The translations under genes were made by a program, and so were the position numbers. Below the pieces are notes generated by a model. It was not told where the DNA came from. It saw only the letters and a list, made by a program, of their open reading frames with translations, and did no database searches. 64,000 nucleotides of DNA from an uncultured Thermoleophilia bacterium (GTDB taxonomy: Bacteria > Actinomycetota > Thermoleophilia > Miltoncostaeales > Miltoncostaeaceae). The stretch spans positions 1,692 through 65,691 of the forward strand of contig CAVXUW010000001.1 of NCBI GenBank assembly GCA_963765105.1. The letters run 5' to 3'. Shown one piece after another: positions 57,494 through 64,000 of this stretch; positions within the stretch are counted from its first letter, which is position 1; every line of letters begins with the position of its first letter.

Positions 57494-57582
57494 GGCGCGC
57501 TCGCCCGGTAATGTGCCGCAATCCGACGGCTTTCTTAGGTCGCGGGTCGTTCCAGCTGTTCCCCGACCAACGAGGGCCGTTG

Positions 57583-58980
57583 ATGTCCCCTGCACCGAAC
57601 TCCACGCTCACCATCCGCGCGCGCATCGCCTCCGAGATCGGCAACTTCGGACGTGTAATGGCCGCGATCGGTGAGACCGGGGCCGACATCGGCGGGGTGG
57701 ACATCGTGTCGTCCGCGAAAGACTCCCTCACGCGCGACATCACCGTCGCCACCCACGACAACGCCCAGGCCGATGCCGTGCTTGCGGCCCTCTCCGGCCT
57801 GACCGGGGTGGACGTCATCTCGTCGCACAACGGCACCATGATGGCCCACGTCGGTGGCACGCTGACGATGAGAAACCGTGCAGCGATCACCGGTCGTGAC
57901 GACCTGTCGATGGCCTACACCCCCGGCGTGGCGCGTGTGTGCATGGCCATCCATCACGATCCTGAGCGCACGTGGGACCTCACCATTCGCGGCAACAGCA
58001 TTGCGGTCATCACCGATGGAAGCAGCGTCGTTGGCCAGGGCAACCTGGGAGCGTTGGCCGCGCTGCCCTCGGCCGAGGCCAAGTGCGTGTTCCTCCGTGA
58101 AATGGCCGCAATCGACGGCTTTCCCTTGCCTCTCGACGTCACCACGGCCGCCGAGATCACGCCGGTTGTCAGCAAAATTGTTTCCGTCTTCGCCGGTGTC
58201 CATCTCACCGACATGGCGGCCCCTGGCTGTTTCGACGTTCACCACGCCCTCAGTGAGCTCATCGACATCCCGGTGCTTCACGACGAGCAGGAGGGCACGT
58301 CGGCCGCTCTGCTTGCCGGTCTGATCAACGGCCTGGGCCTGGTGGGAAAGGACCTCGCGAACGCGCAGGTCGTCATCGTCGGGGTTGGCCCCAGCGGCGT
58401 TGCGACGGCCCGTCTGCTCGTTGCCGCAGGCGTCGGACAGGTCATTGCATGTGACAACGACGGCAGCTTGCATGCTGGCAAGCAATTTGATCGGCCCGAG
58501 CTTCAGTGGGTGGCGGAGAACACGAACCTCGATCGGCTGGAGGGTGACGCCGCGACCCTTGTGGCCGGAGCCGACGCCGTTATCGACTTCTCGAACGCCG
58601 CCGTCCTCAGCGTCGATGCCGTGCGGTCGATGGCAAAGGATCCCCTGGTGTTCGCATTGGCCATGCCCACCCCCGAGGCGGAGGCCGCCGACGTCGCCGC
58701 GGTGTTTGCCACCGCTCACCCCGACCTGCCCAACCAGATCACCTCGTCATTGGCCTTTCCCGGAATCTGGCGGGGGGCGCTGGATTGCCGCGCCCGACGG
58801 ATCGACGAATCAATGGTGCTCGCCGCCGCACATGCCATTGCGGAGACCTGCGCCGGCGCCGTGGCCCCCGATCATGTGGTGCCATCGGTGTTCAACGCTG
58901 ACCTGGTTCCAAACGTCGCCACCGCGGTGCGCGGCGCCGCGGAAGCCGCCGGGCACGCCCGGCTCGTCGGCGCCGCCTAA
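57583..58980 (+). CDS. Malic-enzyme-family protein with N-terminal ACT-like domain (divergent active-site motifs)
   Basis: ATG 57583. ACT-like LTIRARIASEIGNFGRVMAAIGETGADIGGVDIV. Malic-enzyme core LSMAYTPGVARVC, SIAVITDGSSVVGQGNLGALAALP, IPVLHDEQEGTSA, VIVGVGPSGVA, LAMPTPE, PNQITSSLAFPGIWRGALD. The 662-aa ORF from 56992 is over-extended. Confidence 0.8.
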   Translation: MSPAPNSTLTIRARIASEIGNFGRVMAAIGETGADIGGVDIVSSAKDSLTRDITVATHDNAQADAVLAALSGLTGVDVISSHNGTMMAHVGGTLTMRNRAAITGRDDLSMAYTPGVARVCMAIHHDPERTWDLTIRGNSIAVITDGSSVVGQGNLGALAALPSAEAKCVFLREMAAIDGFPLPLDVTTAAEITPVVSKIVSVFAGVHLTDMAAPGCFDVHHALSELIDIPVLHDEQEGTSAALLAGLINGLGLVGKDLANAQVVIVGVGPSGVATARLLVAAGVGQVIACDNDGSLHAGKQFDRPELQWVAENTNLDRLEGDAATLVAGADAVIDFSNAAVLSVDAVRSMAKDPLVFALAMPTPEAEAADVAAVFATAHPDLPNQITSSLAFPGIWRGALDCRARRIDESMVLAAAHAIAETCAGAVAPDHVVPSVFNADLVPNVATAVRGAAEAAGHARLVGAA

Positions 58981-59142
58981 CCCCTTTCCGCCGCCGCACC
59001 GCGCGGTCTCGGCGCGCCCCTGCGACGCACAACCATTGTTACGTTTTTGTGGTTTCACTGGAGATTTCTGGCTCGACGTCGATAATCCATCCACGACGCG
59101 GAAACCACCGCTCCCCACCGCGTTGTTCGGAAAGGATTCTGA

Positions 59143-59541
59143 ATGAGCACCCATCCCGCAAAGCCGACTGCACCCTCACGCCGCTGGGCCACCGCGCTTG
59201 CCGTGGCCGCGACGATGCTGGCAGCGTTCGGCAGTTCGGCGCAGAACGCAAGCGCCGCGCCACAGACGGTGCGCGCCACAGCGACCACCACTGAGAAGGT
59301 CACCGACCACGGACGCACCTGGGCCCGACGCGCCGACCCGGTTGCCACACAGCGGGTCGCCGGCCAGGGACGCGCATGGTCCCGACGTGTTGACCCTGTC
59401 GCCACACAACGTGTTGTCAGCCGGGGACGCGCTTGGCGCAGCTCGTACGACACCGCGACCGGCTTCACGTTCACAACGACGTCGACAGCCATCCAGGGAC
59501 GACGCTACACCGAGACGGAGTCCGGACGCTCCTGGCGTTAG
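59143..59541 (+). CDS. Small secreted Arg/Thr/Trp-rich repeat protein ending in GRSWR
   Basis: GGAAAGGA RBS. Signal peptide with RR (PSRRWATALAVAATMLAAFGSSAQNASA). 19-aa tandem repeats GR.W.RR.DPVATQRV.... C-terminus ..ESGRSWR*. Confidence 0.55.
   Translation: MSTHPAKPTAPSRRWATALAVAATMLAAFGSSAQNASAAPQTVRATATTTEKVTDHGRTWARRADPVATQRVAGQGRAWSRRVDPVATQRVVSRGRAWRSSYDTATGFTFTTTSTAIQGRRYTETESGRSWR
59311..59445 (+). repeat. 57-nt (19-codon) tandem repeat, ~2.4 copies, inside the small secreted ORF
   Basis: Units start at 59311, 59368 and 59425 (GGACGCNC.TGG...). They encode GRTWARRADPVATQRVAGQ / GRAWSRRVDPVATQRVVSR / GRAWRSS. Confidence 0.8.
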
Positions 59542-59620
59542 TCGACACCGACCGCTTTCTCACGTTCACACGCAGGCCATGGCTGACGCTGTTGGCTTCG
59601 ATGGAAAGGACTCCTCAAGC

Positions 59621-59869
59621 ATGAACGAAACACGCACCGCCAACGCCGCCTTCGGCATTCGCCGGATCTGGACCGCACTGCTCGTTGCCGCGAGCCTCGC
59701 GATCGCGGTGGCTGGCTTCGGCGTCAACGCACCCGCGGCGCAGGCAGCGATCACGTATCACGGCGGAATCTCAGAGCCCTCCCCCACCGTTCCGCGGATC
59801 GGCGTTGTTGGCATCTCGCTCGGCGACGACGGCGGGCGCAACAACACCAACGGCCGATCCTGGCGCTAG
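59621..59869 (+). CDS. Small secreted protein (82 aa) ending in GRSWR
   Basis: ATG 59621 follows GGAAAGGA. Signal peptide GIRRIWTALLVAASLAIAVAGFGVNAPAAQA. C-terminus ..NTNGRSWR*, the same as the upstream ORF. Confidence 0.5.
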   Translation: MNETRTANAAFGIRRIWTALLVAASLAIAVAGFGVNAPAAQAAITYHGGISEPSPTVPRIGVVGISLGDDGGRNNTNGRSWR

Positions 59870-59924
59870 TCGCTCGCCGACGAAGGGCCAGCCCAATGGG
59901 GTGTGTAACAACTGAGGAGCGGTC

Positions 59925-60272
59925 GTGACGCTCATTGGGCCCCGGGGAGTCACGTGGGTAGCAGCCGCTAGTGTCGCGGCGGGCGCCCTGGGCGCAACGC
60001 CGACGAACGCTGCCGCCGCATCGACACCGCAATTGTCGACGATCATGCCGGCGGCCAAGAATGCTGATCAGGCCGTGACACGTCCGGCCCCGGTCTACCA
60101 AAGCAGCCCCGATCGCAAAGCGGAAGGCGGCCACCCCGACGAAGCAGAAGGTGACCAAGGTCAAGGGCTCCCGGGGCGTTCGCCTCGGCCGCAAAGGCTC
60201 ACCCAAGCGTTAGAGCGCGTCGAGGGCCGCCTGGAAGTCATCGGCCATGCCGTGGTGACCGTTGATGAGTGA
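59925..60272 (+). CDS. Third small ORF with signal-peptide-like N-terminus (3' end uncertain)
   Basis: GTG 59925 follows GAGGAG. ..VTWVAAASVAAGALGATPTNAAAAS. It contains ..PGRSPR.. near the point where it runs into the convergent gene. The overlap of the 3' end with 60210..60524 suggests a wrong stop or an indel. Confidence 0.25.
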   Translation: MTLIGPRGVTWVAAASVAAGALGATPTNAAAASTPQLSTIMPAAKNADQAVTRPAPVYQSSPDRKAEGGHPDEAEGDQGQGLPGRSPRPQRLTQALERVEGRLEVIGHAVVTVDE

Positions 60273-60524
60273 GCGATCGATGCCGGCGAGGTAGGCATCG
60301 GCGGCCTCATCATCACGACCGAGATGATGGAGACATTCGGCGAGCCGACCCCAGGCGCTGCCCTCGTCGTCGGCGAGCGCGAGATAGGCGGTGAACTCAC
60401 GGGAAGCCCCGTCCCAGTCCTCGTTGCGAAAGAGCTCGGTGGCGTAGCCGTAGTGCGCACGCGGTTCATTGGGTTCGGCGGCGACGAGCCCCGCGAAGTA
60501 GGTGAGTCGATCCACGACCCGCAC
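60210..60524 (-). CDS. Small TPR-like helical-repeat protein
   Basis: ..AEPNEPRAHYGYATELFRNEDWDGASREFTAYLALADDEGSAWGRLAECLHHLGRDDEAADAYLAGI. GTG starts at 60524 or 60515; the longer ORF would overlap the divergent cupin gene. Confidence 0.5.
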   Translation of the reverse strand: MRVVDRLTYFAGLVAAEPNEPRAHYGYATELFRNEDWDGASREFTAYLALADDEGSAWGRLAECLHHLGRDDEAADAYLAGIDRSLINGHHGMADDFQAALDAL

Positions 60525-60564
60525 ACTACGAGAGCCCACCGACCCACGCCGTAGGCTCCCGGGC

Positions 60565-60936
60565 ATGAATGTCAGCTCACTCGACAGCGCAACACAATTC
60601 GTCACCGCCGACGGCAGCCTCATCCGCGAACTCTTCGGCCCGGCCACGACCCCGGGACAGAACCAGAGCCTTGCCGAGGCCACCATCCCAGCCGGCCAGG
60701 CCACCCAGCGCCACTACCACCAGGACGCCGAGGAGATCTACTTCATCGTCGCCGGGGCCGGTCGGATGGAGCTCGACGGGGTGGAGCGTGACGTCACACC
60801 GGGAGATGCCATCCTCATTCCGCCGGGCGCATGGCACCAGATCACCACCGTTGGCGATGAGCCCCTGCGGCTTTTGTGCGCCTGTTCGCCGCCGTATCGT
60901 CATGAGGACACGTTCTTCTCCGACAAAACTTTGTAA
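60565..60936 (+). CDS. Cupin-domain protein
   Basis: ..ATIPAGQATQRHYHQDAEEIYFIVAGAGRMELDG....V.PGDAILIPPGAWHQI.. matches cupin motifs 1 and 2. Confidence 0.75.
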   Translation: MNVSSLDSATQFVTADGSLIRELFGPATTPGQNQSLAEATIPAGQATQRHYHQDAEEIYFIVAGAGRMELDGVERDVTPGDAILIPPGAWHQITTVGDEPLRLLCACSPPYRHEDTFFSDKTL

Positions 60937-61044
60937 CACCTGCAGCGTCGGTTCCCGTTGCGCCGAGGCTGAGAAGCGTGTTTGATCGTGCGGATGCGTA
61001 CGATGCTGTGTCCACCGCGGCACGGTGCTAGCGTGTTACAAAGT
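60928..61044. repeat. Perfect 12-bp inverted repeat ACTTTGTAACAC / GTGTTACAAAGT separated by 93 nt
   Basis: The arms are at 60928-60939 (which includes the cupin stop codon) and 61033-61044. They are AT-rich 12-mers in a GC-rich background. Confidence 0.7.
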
Positions 61045-61047
61045 CCC

Positions 61048-61069
61048 CCACCGCAGAGTTTTGCGGTGG
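61048..61069 (+). other. Stable hairpin CCACCGCA-GAGTTT-TGCGGTGG in the nuoA leader
   Basis: Perfect 8-bp stem with a 6-nt loop, 32 nt upstream of the nuoA GTG. No U-tract. Confidence 0.5.
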
Positions 61070-61100
61070 CCCTTCGACCGCTCGTCTCAGGAGCACTCGC

Positions 61101-61457
61101 GTGAATCTGCGCGACTATCTGCCCGTCCTCGTCTTCTTTGGCATCGGCATTGTCATCGGTGGCGGCATCCTCCTTCTCTCCCGCCTCGGGCGCCGCAAGT
61201 ACAGCGCCGTCAAGGAGCTTCCCTACGAGAGCGGCATCCTGGCCACGGGTGCGGTGCGCCAGCGGTTCTCCATCGACTTCTATCTCACCGCCATGCTGTT
61301 CATCGTGTTCGACATCGAGCTCGCGTTCTTCTACCCACTGGCCGTCGTACTGAAGTCGGTCGGGCTCGCCGCAGTGATCGAGCTGACGATCTTCGTCGGA
61401 GTGCTCGGCGCGGGCCTTGCCTACGTCTGGCGGAAAGGGGCGCTCGAATGGCGCTGA
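61101..61457 (+). CDS. nuoA: NADH-quinone oxidoreductase subunit A
   Basis: 118 aa with three TM helices. ..ELPYESGI....[24 protein letters not shown]. Confidence 0.9.
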   Translation: MNLRDYLPVLVFFGIGIVIGGGILLLSRLGRRKYSAVKELPYESGILATGAVRQRFSIDFYLTAMLFIVFDIELAFFYPLAVVLKSVGLAAVIELTIFVGVLGAGLAYVWRKGALEWR

Positions 61458-62044
61458 TCCCACCCCCCGGAACCCCGATCGAACGGGCGCCGCGCACGCA
61501 GCCCGAGGTCGACTGGGACTTGCGTGATCCCGAAGTCGCCGACTTCGTCAACCGCGGCCTACTCATGACGACGTTCGACAAGGTCACCGCGTGGGCACGC
61601 TCATCGGCGATCTGGCCCGCGGGATTCGGTCTCGCGTGTTGTGCCATCGAGATGATGCACATGATCACGCCGCGCATCGACATCGGCCGTTTCGGCGCCG
61701 AAGTTATCCGCGCGTCGCCGCGCCAGTCCGACCTCATGATCGTGTCGGGGCGCGTGTCCCAAAAGATGGCCCCGGTGCTCCGCCACATCTACGAACAGAT
61801 GCTCGAGCCCAAATGGGTCATCTCCATGGGCGCCTGCGCATCAAGCGGCGGCGTGTTCAACAACTACGCACTCGTCCAGGGCGTCGACAAAGTCGTGCCG
61901 GTTGACGTCTACGTCCCCGGCTGCCCCCCGCGACCCGAGGGTCTCGTCGAGGGCATCATGCTTTTGCAGAAGAAGATCGGGACAAAGGGACAGTCCTCCT
62001 CGCGGGAGCTGTGGAACGCGCAGCAGGCGAAGGACGCGTCCTGA
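61448..62044 (+). CDS. nuoB: NADH-quinone oxidoreductase subunit B
   Basis: ATG 61448 overlaps the nuoA end. ..[22 protein letters not shown]...R.D..RFG.....[20 protein letters not shown]...[44 protein letters not shown]. The 339-aa ORF from 61025 is over-extended. Confidence 0.9.
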   Translation: MALIPPPGTPIERAPRTQPEVDWDLRDPEVADFVNRGLLMTTFDKVTAWARSSAIWPAGFGLACCAIEMMHMITPRIDIGRFGAEVIRASPRQSDLMIVSGRVSQKMAPVLRHIYEQMLEPKWVISMGACASSGGVFNNYALVQGVDKVVPVDVYVPGCPPRPEGLVEGIMLLQKKIGTKGQSSSRELWNAQQAKDAS

Positions 62045-62514
62045 GCGACATCAGCCTCGTCATCGCCGCAACGTGCCAAGGCGCCGTCGTCGCCGAGTAC
62101 GAGGCGTTTGGTGAAGTCACCGTCGAGATCGTCAAAGAGCAACTCCTTGACGTGGCCCGCGTGCTGGCTGCCCGACCCACCTCGTTTCGCCTGCTGTCGG
62201 ATGTGTCGTGCGTCGACTTCCCCGACGAACCCGGTCGGTTCCGCCTGGCCTACCAGCTGTACTCGCTCGAGACCGGGGCCCGACTTCGGCTGCGCGTGTG
62301 GGCTGGCGCCGAGAACCCCGAGGTCGACTCCGTCACGTCGGTTTGGCCCACCGCGAACTGGCACGAGCGCGAGGTGTACGACCTCATGGGCGTGCGCTTT
62401 CGCGGCCACCCCGACCTGGCACGCATCATGATGCCCGACGATTGGGATGGGCACCCGCTGCGCAAGGACTACCCGCTCGGCGGGGAGGAGGTGACCTTCA
62501 GCGATGCCGTCTGA
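62011..62514 (+). CDS. nuoC: NADH-quinone oxidoreductase subunit C
   Basis: ..[35 protein letters not shown]......[49 protein letters not shown]. The start (GTG 62011) is uncertain. Confidence 0.85.
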   Translation: MERAAGEGRVLSDISLVIAATCQGAVVAEYEAFGEVTVEIVKEQLLDVARVLAARPTSFRLLSDVSCVDFPDEPGRFRLAYQLYSLETGARLRLRVWAGAENPEVDSVTSVWPTANWHEREVYDLMGVRFRGHPDLARIMMPDDWDGHPLRKDYPLGGEEVTFSDAV

Positions 62515-63871
62515 CGAAGTCACCCCAGGAGGAGGGGGTTTCCCCCTCTCAACCGAGGCCCGCGGCGTGCTCGAGGCGGCTCGCCGTGAGGGACGTGGGC
62601 TCACCGACACCGAACGCGCCATCGCCCAGGTCGAGGCATTCACCGCCGCCGACGCTGAGGAGATGACCCGCCGCAACGAGGCCCCCGTTGAGGACCCGGG
62701 CACGCGCAAGCCGATGGTCATCAACCTCGGCCCCCAGCACCCCTCCACCCACGGAGTGCTGCGCCTCATCACCCAGCTCGACGGCGAGACCGTGATCGAC
62801 GTTCACCCGGTCATCGGCTACCTGCACACCGGCATCGAGAAGCAGTGCGAGAACAAGACCTACTGGCAGGCCATCACGCTCGTAACGCGCATGGACTACC
62901 TGTCGCCGTACTTCAACACGCTGGCCTACTGCATGGCCGTGGAGAAGCTCCTCGACCTCGAGGTACCCGAACGCGCCGAGTACATCCGGGTGATCATGTG
63001 CGAGCTCAATCGCATCACCTCGCACCTTGTGTGGCTCGGCACCAGCGGCTTGGAGCTGGGCGCCATCTCCGTGTTCTTCTACACCTATCGTGAACGCGAC
63101 GAGGCACTCGACCTGGGCGAGATGATCTCCGGTGAGCGGATGAACACCCGGTACTTCCACGTGGGTGGTTGCGCGGCCGACATGCCCGAGGGCTTCGAAG
63201 ACGCCATGCGCCGGTTCATCAAGAAGATGCCGGGGCGCATCGACGAGTACGAGACGTTGCTCTCCCGCAACCAGATCTGGGTCGACCGCACCAAAGGCGT
63301 CGGCATCCTTCCGGTCGACGACCTCATCGGCTTGGGCGTCACCGGCCCGGCCCTGCGTGCCGCCGGGGTCAGCCACGACCTGCGCAAAGCTCACCCGTAC
63401 TGCAGCTACGAGCACTTCGACTTCGACGTTCCCACCGCCACTGAAGGCGACGTGTACGCGCGCTACACGGTGCGGCTGCAAGGAGATGCGCGAGTCGGTG
63501 CGGATCATCGAACAGGCGCTCGACGGGATGCCCTCCGGCAGCCACATCGCCGACGATCGCAAGGTCGTGCTCCCCCCGCGCGAAGAGCTCGCCGTCTCCA
63601 TGGAAGCGCTCATCCACCACTTCAAACTCGTGACCGAGGGGTTCACCGTCCCCGCCGGCGAGGTCTACGCAAGCCGTCGAAAGCCCCCGCGGCGAACTCG
63701 CGCTGCTACCTCGTCTCCGACGGCGGCCCCAAACCCTACCGCTGCCACATGCGCGACCCCTCTTTCGTCAACCTGCAAGCGCTGCGACCCATGGCGAAGG
63801 GCTCCTACCTCGCCGACATGATCGCCATGATCGGCTCCATGGACAACGTCATGGGCGGCGTTGATCGATGA
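62504..63871 (+). pseudogene. nuoD: NADH-quinone oxidoreductase subunit D; three +1 insertions (~63482, ~63674, ~63701) as assembled
   Basis: ..MVINLGPQHPSTHGVLRL...LDGE.V.D..P.IGYLHTGIEK..E...Y.Q....TRMDYLS......AY...VEKLL...VPERA.YIRV...EL.RI.SHL.. is intact up to ..[12 protein letters not shown]. The next piece, [64 protein letters not shown], is in frame +1. VESPRGEL is in frame +2, and [37 protein letters not shown] returns to frame 0. Confidence 0.85.
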
Positions 63872-64000
63872 AGATCTCGCTCGAAAGTCTTTCGCGGTGT
63901 AATCGCCCCCAGCCCGACGTTTGCGCAATTTTCGAGCGGGCCGCACACGCAGCCGATCCGACTCCCTTTGAGAGCACGATCGGTGGCGCATTGCTCAAAG
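63868..64000 (+). CDS. 5' end of the next nuo-operon ORF (possibly nuoE), runs off the right edge
   Basis: The ATG 63868 overlaps the nuoD stop (ATGA) and is open to the window end. The N-terminal 44 aa carry no diagnostic motif, so the call is by position only. Confidence 0.25.
   Translation, partial: MKISLESLSRCNRPQPDVCAIFERAAHAADPTPFESTIGGALLK

Noticed and set aside
56992-58980. 662-aa ORF, and the 339-aa ORF 61025..62044, as extended proteins
   Set aside because: Their N-terminal extensions are Arg/Pro-rich and overlap other genes (the membrane protein and nuoA). The real starts are ATG 57583 (malic-enzyme family) and ATG 61448 (nuoB).
59311-59445. The direct repeats could be a CRISPR array or a non-coding tandem repeat
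   Set aside because: There are only ~2.4 contiguous 57-nt units with no spacers. They are in frame and the differences preserve a peptide repeat, so this is a coding repeat.

Overview
This is a high-GC, actinobacterial-type chromosomal segment. Gene calls rest on motif recognition in the supplied ORF translations plus my own hand translation at edges and frame junctions; no searches were run.

Layout:
- 1-24 kb, mostly housekeeping and assorted genes: nrdJ (partial, runs off the left edge), nrdR, lepB, an O-antigen-ligase-like protein, SDR and SnoaL proteins, a large LuxR/LAL regulator with an in-frame TGA, ppm1, hydrolases, LysE, a CGNR regulator, phnCDE, vapBC, a PucR regulator divergent from glnA, and mscS.
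- 24-57 kb, a large surface-glycan locus. It holds a WbaP-type priming transferase, about nine glycosyltransferases, a GH5/GH39-like hydrolase, and the Wzm/Wzt ABC exporter (Wzt carries a C-terminal glycan-binding extension). It also holds coiled-coil and methyltransferase 'terminator-like' proteins and a GtrB-like GT2, flippase-like, acyltransferase and GT-C-like decoration module. Two paralogous secreted Ig/PKD proteins and gmd plus rmd (GDP-D-rhamnose) complete it. An IS256-family element with an 8-bp target duplication sits inside an ISL3 remnant within the locus.
- 57-64 kb: a malic-enzyme paralogue, three tandem small secreted ORFs (two ending in GRSWR), a TPR-like protein, a cupin, and nuoA-D.

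A major caveat is that many conserved genes, including the core respiratory gene nuoD, are broken by single-base +1 insertions clustered in a few segments. This looks more like consensus indel error than biology. I saw no rRNA, tRNA or CRISPR array.
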